24,000 nt of DNA from a symbiont of Argiope bruennichi (GCF_051094275.1 NZ_CP070274.1:260629-284628); one strand, 5' to 3'; positions 10,295 through 21,783 are shown, numbered from the stretch's first letter. Notes: generated by a model not told the origin, from the letters alone. A program made the numbers and translations.

Positions 10295-11801
10295 AACAAA
10301 GCAAGTTATTATTTCAAATCTAACCAGAGATATGATTAATCAAAAAAGGTTAGAAGAGATTTATTTACACTCAACAATTTGAAAATCACTTTTAAGAATT
10401 ATTGTTCCGACAGTTCTTTCAATGGCAGTTTTTTCTTTGTATTCAATAATTGATCAGATTATTGCCATCCAATATGGAAGTGGTAATCAAATTTTTATTC
10501 ACGGCAGTTTAGATTCAAAAGACATTCGAACTGTGATTCAATTAGCCCAACCATTTTGAGGAATTCTTATTGGAATTGGGGTATTTATAACCACTGGTGT
10601 TGGTAATAAATTTGGAATGTTTCTTGGAGAAGCCAATTTTAAACGTGCCAAAGACACACTAAGCAATGGATATTTTTATAATTTTATTTTTTATTTTTTT
10701 CTTTTATTTTTTTGTTTTATTTTTTCAAAAAAAATTATTGAATTACAGTTTAGCAGCGCCAATGTTTCTTTAGACAAACACAATGAAATTGTCAATCTTT
10801 CTTATTACACGACCTTAATTTGAGCTTTTTTTGCCGTATTTTATTTTATTTCGAATATTGCAATTATTGGACTTCGAGTTGAAGGGTATCCAACTTTTGC
10901 TTTTCTTACGATCTTTTTTTCTTCAATTTTAAATGTTGCTCTTGACTTTCTTTTTACAATCGTATTTCACTGAGGGGTACTTGGTACTATTTTTGCTACT
11001 GGAATTGCTTGATTTTTTCAATTTATTGCCAGTTTTTTATTTTGTTTTTGAAAAAAAGTATATGTTATTTTCGAGGCACTAAAAATAAAAAAAGATGCTT
11101 TAACCAAAACAATTATTTTTGCTTGTTTTATTTTTGGTTTCCCATCACTTTTTAGAAATTTTGCCCAAGCCATCAACACATGATTTTTCAATCTTATTTT
11201 AGACTTTCAAAGTTCTAGATCTGATCCTAAATCGTTAGGTTATTGAGTCTCAATATTTGGAGCAATCACACCAATTATCAATCTTTTTGTCATTTCTGTT
11301 TTTGGTTTTTTGCAGTCAATGAATATTTTTATTCCCTATAATTATGCCCATAAAAAAAATGAAAGAATTATTAAATCAGTTTGAATATGTATTTTTTTTG
11401 TGGTTGTTTATTTATTATTTGTAGAAATTTTATGTTTTTTTATCGGTGATAATCTTTTAAGTTTATTTATTCCAAAAGACATTAATAATCCACACGAGTT
11501 AAGTGATGCAACTCATGCTCTTAGAAATTTATTTTTACTTTTTCCCTTGCTTGGTGTCTCTTTAGTAGTTTCTGGTTTTTATCAAAGTATTCAAAAAGTT
11601 TCAAAATCAGTTTTAATTATTTTTTTACGATTTGTTCTGATCTATTTTGTTGTTTTAACACTTTTATATTTATTAGGTAAAAAATATAATAATAATTACT
11701 TAGTTTTTTATGTAACACCAATAACTGACTTGCTTGTTACTTTTATCTCGGTGCCATTGTTAATGTTTGATTTTAAAAAATTAAAACAAGGAAAATATTA
11801 A
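10284..11801 (+). CDS. MATE/MOP-superfamily-like polytopic membrane transporter (second copy)
   Basis: ATG at 10284 overlaps the pheT stop by 11 nt. Track ORFs 10617-10823 and 11400-11801 are in the same frame (frame 3) and join through many TGA codons (505 aa). N-terminus LLRIIVPTVLSMAVFSLYSIIDQIIA is MATE-like. Same overall architecture as 5284-6843. Confidence 0.6.
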
Positions 11802-11846
11802 AAATAAAAAAAAGATTTTTTTATTTTAATTTATAATATAAAAGTT

Positions 11847-12014
11847 ATGGCAGTACCATTTAGAAGAACTAGTAAAACTAGAAAAAGACTTAGAAGATCT
11901 CATTTAGCCCTAAAAAAACAAACTTTTGTGGTTTGTTCTAATTGTGGTGCAATGCATTTACCCCATAAAGTTTGCAAAAGTTGCGGATTTTATAATGGTA
12001 AAAAATTAATTTAA
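11847..12014 (+). CDS. rpmF: 50S ribosomal protein L32
   Basis: 55 aa, below the ORF-track cut-off: [55 protein letters not shown]. Has the L32 N-terminus and a CxxC..CxxC zinc ribbon. Confidence 0.9.
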   Translation: MAVPFRRTSKTRKRLRRSHLALKKQTFVVCSNCGAMHLPHKVCKSCGFYNGKKLI

Positions 12015-12043
12015 AAAACATAAAATATTTTTTTTATTTTAAT

Positions 12044-12090
12044 AAAAATCTTTAAAAAAACTAGAATTTTTTTTTAAAGATTTTTTTTTA
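12044..12090 (+). terminator. long A/T-rich hairpin plus T-run downstream of rpmF (weak terminator candidate)
   Basis: AAAAATCTTTAAAAAAA (12044-12060) pairs with TTTTTTTAAAGATTTTT (12069-12085) around an 8-nt loop and is followed by Ts. Only one G-C pair, so stability is uncertain. Confidence 0.35.
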
Positions 12091-12092
12091 TG

Positions 12093-12098
12093 TATAAT
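12093..12098 (+). promoter_or_regulatory. candidate -10 box (TATAAT) of the mraZ/division-cluster promoter
   Basis: Perfect TATAAT 42 nt upstream of the mraZ ATG, immediately downstream of the hairpin. The -35 region is a T-run and is not convincing. Confidence 0.4.
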
Positions 12099-12107
12099 AA
12101 ATTGTTT

Positions 12108-12124
12108 AGTGGAGGAAAGTGGAG
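12108..12124 (+). promoter_or_regulatory. two direct AGTGGAG repeats at 10-bp spacing (candidate MraZ operator)
   Basis: AGTGGAG occurs at 12108-12114 and again at 12118-12124, between the -10 box and the mraZ start. They are too far from the ATG (15-24 nt) to act as a Shine-Dalgarno sequence. Confidence 0.4.
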
Positions 12125-12139
12125 TAAAAAAATTTAAAA

Positions 12140-12559
12140 ATGTTTCAAAAGTATTGTTACAAGATTGATAAAAAAAATCGCATATCACTACCAAAAAAAC
12201 TTCAAGAATACTTCAATGAAAAAGTTTTTTTTAACCGTGGTTTTGACAATGATAACTTTATTTTAAGAAATAAAGATCAAATGGAAACATTCGAAAATTG
12301 ATTAAATAACCTACAAGACACTAAACAAGCGAATAGAATTATCAAAAGACATTTTGCAATTAATAACTTTTTACAAGAAATTGACAAAAATAATCGTTTA
12401 ACGATTCCAAAATTTATTTGTGAAGAATTAAAAATTGACAAAGAAGTTGTTTTTTTATTTGTTGGAAAACACATTGAACTTTGAAATCCTTTAGTCCTTG
12501 AAAAACAAACAAATAATTCTCAAATTAACATTAAAGAATTACTAGAAAACATTGACTAA
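12140..12559 (+). CDS. mraZ: transcriptional regulator MraZ
   Basis: ATG at 12140 (in-frame TAA at 12125-12127 upstream), two TGA codons, TAA at 12557-12559 (139 aa). Two SpoVT/AbrB-type halves: IDKKNRISLPKKL and IDKNNRLTIPKFI. Sits directly upstream of rsmH. Confidence 0.85.
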
Positions 12560-13508
12560 TGTGTACGATGAATTAGAACATAAACCCATCTTAACAGAAG
12601 AAATTGTCAAAAATTTAATCACTGATCCTGATGGAATTTATGTTGACATGACACTAGGTGATTGCGGACATTTTTTAGAAATCAAAAAAAATCTTTCAAA
12701 CAAAGCAATCCTTATTGGATTTGACGTTGATTTACACGCTTTTAATAAAGCACAAAAGAAGTTATCAAAATTAATTTCAAATTGTATCTTGATTAATAGC
12801 AATTTTAAATACTTAAAACAAGAATTAACAGATTACAAAATCTTTGAAATTACTGGTTTATTATATGATCTAGGGCTATCATCAATGCAAATTGATGCAA
12901 AAGCTAGAGGCTTTAGTTTTCAAAACGAAAACGAAAAGCTTGACATGCGTTTTGATTTAAGCCTTAAAAAAGATGCTAGTTATTACTTAAATAACTTAAC
13001 ATTTACTGAGTGAAAAAACATTTTTAAAAGATGTGATTTAAAATTGTTTGCTTCGAAACTTGCGAATAACATTATTAAAAAACAACCATTTATTACTACA
13101 GCAAAAGATTTGAATAAAATCATTGAACTTTCAATTCCAAAATATTTACAAAAACAAAAAAAATATTTTCAATTAGTGTATTTATGTGTTCGAATCTTGG
13201 TAAATAATGAGTTAGAAAATTTTTCTGCATCTTTAAATTCTGGATTAACATTGTTGAAGGTTTTTGGCAAATGTTGTATTTTAACCTTTAACTCTTTAGA
13301 AGAAAAAGTTATTTTTAATACTTTAAAAAAATTAAACAAAGATTTTTTTTTACAAAAAAACTTAAAAAAATTTATTTTTCAGGACAAAGAGTTAATTTTT
13401 TTTCATTTAAGCAAACCAATACAACCAAAACCTGAAGAAATAGCACAAAACAGCCGGGCTAGATCAGCAAAACTTTGAGTTATTACAAAAAAAATAGAAA
13501 GGATCTAA
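12552..13508 (+). CDS. rsmH: 16S rRNA m4C1402 methyltransferase RsmH (MraW)
   Basis: Track ORFs 12552-13013 and 13044-13478 are in the same frame and joined by TGA. Ends at TAA 13506-13508. No in-frame ATG near the 5' end, so the start is TTG 12552 (8-nt overlap with mraZ) or GTG 12561. HKPILTEEIV..GIYVDMTLGDCGH..DLGLSSMQID..RGFSF follows the RsmH pattern. Confidence 0.85.
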
Positions 13509-13512
13509 ACAT

Positions 13513-14733
13513 TTGTACGAATCAATTTATGCAGTAGTAGAATTTGGAAATTTTTCTACGAAATTTTTGGTAGCTAGAAAACAGGATTCTAGAATTGATT
13601 GTCTTTATAAAACAATTGAAAAAAATGTTTTTTTAAAGGACAACAAAATTGTAAATCCATTATCAGTTGGAAACTATTTAACTAAAAAACAAAAAGAGGT
13701 GAAAAAACTCTTAAAAATTGATTTAACAAAAATAGTTTTTGTTTACCCAGTTAAAGATGACTTATTGATAAAAGAAGTAAATGAAACGATTTTTATCAAT
13801 GATAAATTAAATTATTATTATATCAATTTGATTTTGCAAAAATACAACAATAAAATTGAAAATGGTAAAATTTGTCTTTACATGAAAACAAAAAACTATT
13901 TAGTTGATAAGTTATTTAGTTACAAAATTGCTCCAATTGGAAAGATAGTTGGTGAATTAACAATAAAATTAAAATTGTTTTTTGTAGACGTTGATTTTTA
14001 TAGCAAAATTCAAGAAGCATTGACCGTTACAAACTTAAAATTATTAAATTTTTGTTTGTCTTTTGTGTCTTTATCAAATGAAATTTGTTATAGCAATCAA
14101 AAAACTTTAGTAATTGATACATCTTTTGACTTTACAAATATGTATTTGTATAACAACAAAGATTTAGTTGATTATTGCACAATTGAAGAAAAAGCTTCAA
14201 ACATTAACAAAGATTTAAAATATTTTTTAAATCTAGATGACAACTCAATTGAAAATTTAAAATTAAAGTATGGAAATTTAAATTTTAATTCAAATGAGAG
14301 TGAATCTTTTGATTTATTCTTAAAACCAACCGTAATAAATTTTCAAGGTAAAGAATTAATGACTGTTGAAGAATTAAATAAAATAATTTTGGCAAGATAT
14401 GAAGAAATGTTTACCAATATTTTTTCAAAATATCAAATTTACTTTCAAGAACATGAGGTAAAAAATATTATTTTAGTTGGTGGAATTACAAAAATTTTAA
14501 ATTTTAATACTTTTATTAAGAATACTTTTGAGAATGATGAAGTTGCTATTTCTGTGTATAAATCACCTTACATTGGAATAAATGACAATCTTTATTGTAA
14601 ATTAATTGGGGCATTGAACTATTCAGATAAATTAAACAAAGTTAAAAAAACTTCTGATTATTCAATTAAAAAATTTACCTTATCAAGAATCTTTGATATG
14701 GCTAAATGAAAAAAAATTTTAAAACGAACATAG
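13513..14733 (+). CDS. ftsA: cell division protein FtsA (highly divergent)
   Basis: TTG start at 13513. The ORF continues past TGA at 14707-14709 to TAG at 14731-14733 (406 aa). Actin-fold landmarks seen by eye: VVEFGNFSTKFLV (phosphate 1), LVIDTSFDFTN (phosphate 2), IILVGGITKI (adenosine). Positioned between rsmH and ftsZ. Confidence 0.7.
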
Positions 14734-14741
14734 GAAAATAA

Positions 14742-15935
14742 ATGGAAAAAGAAACACTTGTTCAATTTGATGAATTTGATAAAAACGCTGTAATCAAAGT
14801 ATTTGGTGTTGGCGGTGCAGGGAATAATGCTGTTAATCGCATGATTGATGAGGGGGTTCAGGGTGTTGAATTCTGAGTTGTAAATACTGATTCTCAAGTT
14901 ATTGCTGCCTCTAAATCAAAAAATCGTATTGTTCTAGGAAAAGAAATCACTAAAGGTCTTGGTGCTGGTGCAGATCCAGAAAAAGGGAAACAAGCCTGTC
15001 TTGAAAGTGAAGATGAAATTAAAAGAGCCATTCAAGGCACTGACATGGTGTTTGTAGCCGCTGGAATGGGTGGAGGCACTGGTACAGGTGCAGCACCTGT
15101 TATTGCAAAAATTGCCAAAGACTCTGGGGCACTTACAATTGGAATTGTCACAAAACCATTTCGCTTTGAAGGTAAATTAAGAGCTCAAAATGCAACATAT
15201 GGCCTTGATGAGTTAAAACAATATGTTGATTCTTTGATTGTAATTTCAAATGATAAATTGCTAGAAGAAATTGGTGGAACTCCCTTAAAAGAAGCCTTTC
15301 AAGAAGCAGACAAAATTTTAAGACAAGGGGTGCAAACAATTACCGATTTAATTGCTGTTCCTTCATTAATTAACCTAGATTTTGCAGATGTTAAAGCAAC
15401 AATGGAAAAAAAAGGTTATGCATTAATTGGAATTGGGATGGCAAAAGGGGAAAACAAAGCTGAAGATGCAGCTGGAAAAGCAATTTCTTCACCCCTTTTA
15501 GAGGCTTCTATAAATGGGGCAAAAGATGCGATTGTTAATGTTACTGGTGGACAAACAATGACCTTGTATGATGCAAATGACGCTGTTGATTTAATCAGAC
15601 AAGCAGCAGGAAATGATGTAAATATTATTTTTGGGGTTGCTGTTAATGAAAACCTAGAAGATGAAATGATTGTTACTGTTATTGCAACAGGATTTGAAGA
15701 ATCAGAAATAAAAACTAATTTCTTTTCAAACAATAAAATTTTAAAAAACCGAGAAAAAGTTCAAGAAAATTTTAAAAATAAATTTTTAAAAACTTCTGAT
15801 TGAAATAAATATCAAACAAGAAAAATTTTTAACGAACAAAACACGCTTGAAAAAAGATATAATACAAATTTTGAAAAAAAATTTAATACTTCTGAAGACT
15901 TAAAAGAAATTCCTTCATTTTTGAAAAAAAAATAA
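14742..15935 (+). CDS. ftsZ: cell division GTPase FtsZ
   Basis: ATG at 14742. In-frame TGA at 14874-14876 (VEFWVVNTD) and at 15801-15803. TAA at 15933-15935 (397 aa). Motifs: [36 protein letters not shown]-terminal tail [13 protein letters not shown]. Confidence 0.97.
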
Positions 15936-15952
15936 AAAAAGAAAGGCACTAA

Positions 15953-16318
15953 ATGATTTCATTTATTAAAAGAAGATACTTACAATTATTATCTGATGAA
16001 AATACCCAAGAATTTGATATGAAAGATTTATGAGGTAAATCATCATTCTTTCGTAACAAAAACCACAATATTGCGACTTTTATTCCAAAAAAATATGGCG
16101 ATGTAATTCAAATTACAGAACACATAAAAACAAATAAAACCGCAATTATTAATCTTTCAATAATTAACAATGAAGATTACACAAGAATTATTGATTTTTT
16201 GAGTGGTGTTAGTTATGTAATTTCAGGACACATTCAAAAAATTGGTGAAAAACTTTTTCTATTGGCACCAAAAAATGTAGATATTGATGAATATCTTTCA
16301 AAAACAGTTGCAAACTAA
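15953..16318 (+). CDS. sepF: cell division protein SepF (YlmF family)
   Basis: ATG at 15953 preceded by GAAAGG, one TGA, TAA at 16316-16318 (121 aa). The core (IATFIPKKYGDVIQITEHIKTNKTAIINLS..EDYTRIIDFLSGVSYVISGHIQKIGEKLFLLAP) follows the SepF pattern. Not in the ORF track. Confidence 0.8.
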
Positions 16319-16351
16319 AGAATAAATAAAATTTTTAAAAAATTATTTCTT

Positions 16352-16383
16352 AAAACCCTAGAATTTTTTCTAGGGTTTTTTTT
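16352..16383 (+). terminator. Rho-independent terminator after sepF
   Basis: Perfect 12-bp stem: AAAACCCTAGAA (16352-16363) pairs with TTCTAGGGTTTT (16368-16379). 4-nt loop, followed by additional Ts. Confidence 0.75.
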
Positions 16384-16479
16384 ATATTTTTTTTGAGATT
16401 TATTTTTTATTTTTTAATATTTATTTCGAAAAATTTTATAATAATGTTAATAAATTATTAATTTTGTTAAAATAAAACA

Positions 16480-19169
<2,690 letters not shown>

Positions 19170-19191
<22 letters not shown>

Positions 19192-19763
19192 AAAATTTAA
19201 TTAAACTTAATAAAAGGTCACTTTTTTCAAATTTTTACCAAAAATATTTAATTTTTTCAAAAAAAGAAATTATCTTTAAACTTATCTTTTTTATTATTTT
19301 TGCCATTCCTTTTATTATCGACAAAGTATTGAAATCTCTAATTTATAATAATTTAAAAGAGGGAGACTTTAAAAATATAATCTCAAAACTCTTTTCTTTT
19401 AATTACAAAAAAAATTCTGGAATTGCTGGGGGTTTTCTTAGCAACAACAATTTATTAGAATTAATTATTGGTATTACATTTGTAATTCTTGTAATGCTTT
19501 TTTTAATTTTTTTAACATCTAAAAATACTACAATATCAATTGGATGTTTGTTGGTTTTTGTTGGGGGATTAGATAATTTATCTGACAGACTAAGTTATAA
19601 ATGTGTGGTTGATTATATTGTTTTAGTAAATAGTAATTTTTCTTGTAATATTGGGGATGGATTAATCTTTGGTGGTATTTTTGCCCTTCTTGGTTGATCT
19701 TTTTGTTATTTTTTTGTTCCAGAAGTAAAAAAAATTAATGTTGAACCAACAAAAATTTTATAA
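19170..19763 (+). CDS. lspA: lipoprotein signal peptidase II
   Basis: ATG at 19170 overlaps ileS by 22 nt. Reads through TGA at 19695-19697 to TAA at 19761-19763. Motifs NSGIAGGFL and GGLDNLSDRL..VVDYI..NIGDGLI match the LspA conserved boxes. Four hydrophobic segments. Conserved ileS-lspA pairing. Confidence 0.8.
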
Positions 19764-20685
19764 TTTTCTAAAAAAACACCAAAACAATTATTTTATTTTT
19801 TTTTCTTTAAACATTCCTGTAAATAAAGAAGATTTTTTCAATTTTTTTTCAAAAATTTTAAACTTAGATCTTAAATATTTAAAAAAACTTTTATTATTAA
19901 AAAAAGTTTTTTTAAACTTTAAAGTTATTAAAAATTTTCAAAATTTAAAGAAAAAAGACCATCTTTTATTTGTTTTTGAATCGCTAGAAGAACGAATTTT
20001 TATCAAAGAACAATATCAAAAAATTTTTTTTGTAGAAAAAAATAGCGAATATTTTTTATTATTTAAACCATCAGGAATAACTTGTCAAAAATCATATCAT
20101 CATTTTGAATACACAATTGTTGATTTTTTAAAAGAAAAAATTAAAAATATTTTTTATCTTGATGATTTTTTTTATGGAATTTTACATCGTCTAGACAAAG
20201 TTACTTCTGGATTAATACTTGGAAATATTACAAAAGAGGCCTATTTTTACTTTAAAAATTTATTTAAAGAACAAAAAATTGAAAAAAAATATTTAGCCTT
20301 AATCCATGGGGTTTTATCACCAAAAAATTTAAAAGTTAATTTACCATTAGAAGCACAAAAATCAAACTATTTAGTAAAAAAAGTTTCTCCAACAGGGCAA
20401 AACGCCCTAACTTTTTTGAAAACCTTAAAGGTTTTTCAAAATAATAAATATTCGTTAATTGAAGCAAAAATAATTACTGGGAAAACCCATCAAATAAGAG
20501 CGCACCTATCTTACTTAAAACATCCAATTTTATACGACTTCAAATATCAAAGTTCTTTGAAAAATTTATACATTTTGCTTCACGCATATTATTTAAAGTT
20601 TTATTGTTTTAAAGAAAAAAAAGAAAAAATATTTTTTTTAGAAATGCCAAAATATTTTTATCAAAAAATAAAGGAGGTTAGTTAA
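19738..20685 (+). CDS. RluA-family 23S rRNA pseudouridine synthase (RluD-like)
   Basis: 315-aa ORF with no TGA codons. Catalytic HRLDKVTSG and TGKTHQIRAH motifs. The N-terminal S4-like region is degenerate. Overlaps lspA by 26 nt. Confidence 0.85.
   Translation: MLNQQKFYNFLKKHQNNYFIFFSLNIPVNKEDFFNFFSKILNLDLKYLKKLLLLKKVFLNFKVIKNFQNLKKKDHLLFVFESLEERIFIKEQYQKIFFVEKNSEYFLLFKPSGITCQKSYHHFEYTIVDFLKEKIKNIFYLDDFFYGILHRLDKVTSGLILGNITKEAYFYFKNLFKEQKIEKKYLALIHGVLSPKNLKVNLPLEAQKSNYLVKKVSPTGQNALTFLKTLKVFQNNKYSLIEAKIITGKTHQIRAHLSYLKHPILYDFKYQSSLKNLYILLHAYYLKFYCFKEKKEKIFFLEMPKYFYQKIKEVS
20671..20677 (+). promoter_or_regulatory. Shine-Dalgarno sequence (AAGGAGG) for the dCMP deaminase gene
   Basis: AAGGAGG lies 7 nt upstream of ATG 20685, inside the 3' end of the upstream CDS. 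It is the strongest SD match in the window. Confidence 0.55.
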
Positions 20686-21158
20686 TGAAAATTGAGTTTT
20701 CTGACTATTTTATGTTAATTGCTTGAATATGCTCCTTAAAAAGTAAAGATGAATCAACAAAAGTTGGTGCATGTATTATATCCAAAGACAATATTTTATT
20801 AGCAACTGGATACAACGGCTTATGTTATGGATGAGATGATAAAGATTTTAATTGAAAAGAAGTTGATAAAAATAATTATAAATATCCCTTTGTGGTACAC
20901 GCAGAACAAAATTGCATTGCAAATTTAAATTCTTTTCAAAAACCATATGCAATTTATGTTACCCATTTCCCTTGCAATGAATGCGCAAAACTTATTATTC
21001 AAAAAAAAATTGAAAAAGTATTTTATTTGGAAAATAAATATGAAAATGATTCAATATATCTTTGAAGTAAAAAACTATTTTTCAAAGCAAATATTGAAAC
21101 AATTAAACTTTCAAAAAAAAAATTAAAAGATATTATTAAAAATAATTTAATTATTTAA
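20685..21158 (+). CDS. dCMP deaminase (ComEB/cytidine-deoxycytidylate deaminase family)
   Basis: The ATG shares its A with the upstream TAA (TAATG). Several TGA codons. TAA at 21156-21158 (157 aa). Zinc motifs VHAEQNC and PCNECAKLI. Not in the ORF track. Confidence 0.85.
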
Positions 21159-21180
21159 TTTAAAAAATTAAAAATTATTT

Positions 21181-21186
21181 TATAAT
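21181..21186 (+). promoter_or_regulatory. candidate -10 box (TATAAT) for the tRNA array
   Basis: TATAAT 26 nt upstream of the first tRNA, with TTTAAA about 16 nt further upstream. Low specificity in AT-rich DNA. Confidence 0.3.
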
Positions 21187-21211
21187 TTCTTACTTTGATT
21201 TTTTTATTTAT

Positions 21212-21288
21212 GGAGCGTTAGTTGAGTTGGTTAAAACATCTGTCTTACAAACAGAAGGCCGTAGGTTCGAGTCCTTCACGCTCCACCA
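21212..21288 (+). tRNA. trnV: tRNA-Val (anticodon UAC), CCA encoded
   Basis: Cloverleaf folded by hand. Acceptor GGAGCGT/ACGCTCC, anticodon stem TCTGT/ACAGA, loop CTTACAA, T-loop TTCGAGT, 3' ACCA. Confidence 0.9.
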
Positions 21289-21363
21289 GCCGGTATAGTT
21301 TAATGGCTAGAACACCTGTTTTGTAATCAGGGAATATGGGTTCGATTCCTATTACCGGCACCA
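21289..21363 (+). tRNA. trnT: tRNA-Thr (anticodon UGU), CCA encoded
   Basis: Acceptor GCCGGTA/TACCGGC, anticodon loop TTTGTAA (U31-U39 mismatch closes the stem), T-loop TTCGATT. Starts on the nucleotide after the Val CCA. Confidence 0.88.
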
Positions 21364-21447
21364 GGAGGGGTAGCGAAGTGGCTAAACGCGCTTGACTGTA
21401 AATCAAGTCTCTTGGGTTCGTGGGTTCGAATCCCACTCCCTCCACCA
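21364..21447 (+). tRNA. trnY: tRNA-Tyr (anticodon GUA), long variable arm, CCA encoded
   Basis: Acceptor GGAGGGG/TCCCTCC, anticodon stem CTTGA/TCAAG, loop CTGTAAA, long variable arm, T-arm GTGGG-TTCGAAT-CCCAC. Confidence 0.9.
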
Positions 21448-21452
21448 TTTTT

Positions 21453-21527
21453 TGGGATGTAGCCAAGAGGTAAGGCAACAGGCCTTGGCCCTGTAATTCG
21501 TAGGTTCGAATCCTTCCATCCCAGCCA
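21453..21527 (+). tRNA. trnQ: tRNA-Gln (anticodon UUG) with atypical anticodon loop CCUUGGC, CCA encoded
   Basis: U1-A72 pair and G73 discriminator (TGGGATG/CATCCCA-G-CCA), both typical of bacterial tRNA-Gln. Perfect 5-bp anticodon stem ACAGG/CCTGT, 7-nt loop CCTTGGC, T-loop TTCGAAT. Confidence 0.8.
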
Positions 21528-21537
21528 TTATTTTTTT

Positions 21538-21612
21538 GCCCCCGTGGCCAAGTGGAAAGGCAACTGGCTTTTAATCAGTCATGCGAATGTTCGATTCATT
21601 CCGGGGGCACCA
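21538..21612 (+). tRNA. trnK: tRNA-Lys (anticodon UUU), CCA encoded
   Basis: Acceptor GCCCCCG/CGGGGGC, anticodon stem ACTGG/TCAGT, loop CTTTTAA, T-arm GAATG-TTCGATT-CATTC. Confidence 0.9.
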
Positions 21613-21613
21613 T

Positions 21614-21703
21614 GCCTAAGTGGCGGAACGGTAGACGCGCAGGGCTTAAGCCCCTGTGAAATTAATAAATTTCGTGCAGGTTCAAGTCCTGTCTTAGGCA
21701 CCA
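21614..21703 (+). tRNA. trnL: tRNA-Leu (anticodon UAA), long variable arm, CCA encoded
   Basis: Acceptor GCCTAAG/CTTAGGC, anticodon stem CAGGG/CCCTG, loop CTTAAGC, extended variable arm GAAATT-AATA-AATTTC, T-loop TTCAAGT. Confidence 0.88.
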
Positions 21704-21705
21704 TT

Positions 21706-21779
21706 GTGGGTGTAGTTTAGTGGCAAAACATTGGATTTCCACTCCAAAAATGAGGGTTCGATTCCCTTCACCCACTCCA
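21706..21779 (+). tRNA. trnG: tRNA-Gly (anticodon UCC), CCA encoded
   Basis: Acceptor GTGGGTG/CACCCAC with U73 discriminator, anticodon stem TTGGA/TCCAA, loop TTTCCAC, T-loop TTCGATT. Confidence 0.88.
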
Positions 21780-21783
21780 AAAA

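Noticed and set aside
12111-12125. GGAGG and GTGGAG upstream of mraZ as a Shine-Dalgarno sequence, or a GTG-initiated upstream ORF.
   Set aside because: They are 24 and 15 nt from the ATG, too far for an SD. GTG 12119 is followed by TAA after two codons. They are better explained as phased operator repeats (see findings).
12277-12474. Minus-strand 65-aa ORF.
   Set aside because: Antisense to mraZ, which has the two diagnostic AbrB-type repeats on the plus strand.
14658-14897. Minus-strand 79-aa ORF spanning the ftsA/ftsZ junction.
   Set aside because: Overlaps the FtsA tail and the conserved FtsZ N-terminus (GVGGAGNNA). No supporting signals.
15148-15733. Two minus-strand ORFs (15148-15339 and 15416-15733) lie antisense to ftsZ.
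   Set aside because: They lie wholly inside the best-conserved gene in the window. The locally higher GC (Gly/Ala-rich FtsZ core) removes stop codons by chance, and the translations have no recognisable features.
14742-15935. Elevated GC in ftsZ (and in the tRNA array) as a sign of horizontal transfer.
   Set aside because: The GC rise tracks Gly/Ala-rich conserved motifs and structured RNA. The gene still uses TGA=Trp and sits in the ancestral dcw context.
16384-16479. A T-box or other leader upstream of ileS. I also looked upstream of pheS (6844-6896) and infC (1737-1772).
   Set aside because: The spacers are about 95, 53 and 36 nt and almost pure A/T. That is too short and unstructured for a T-box (specifier loop plus antiterminator) or an L20 leader.
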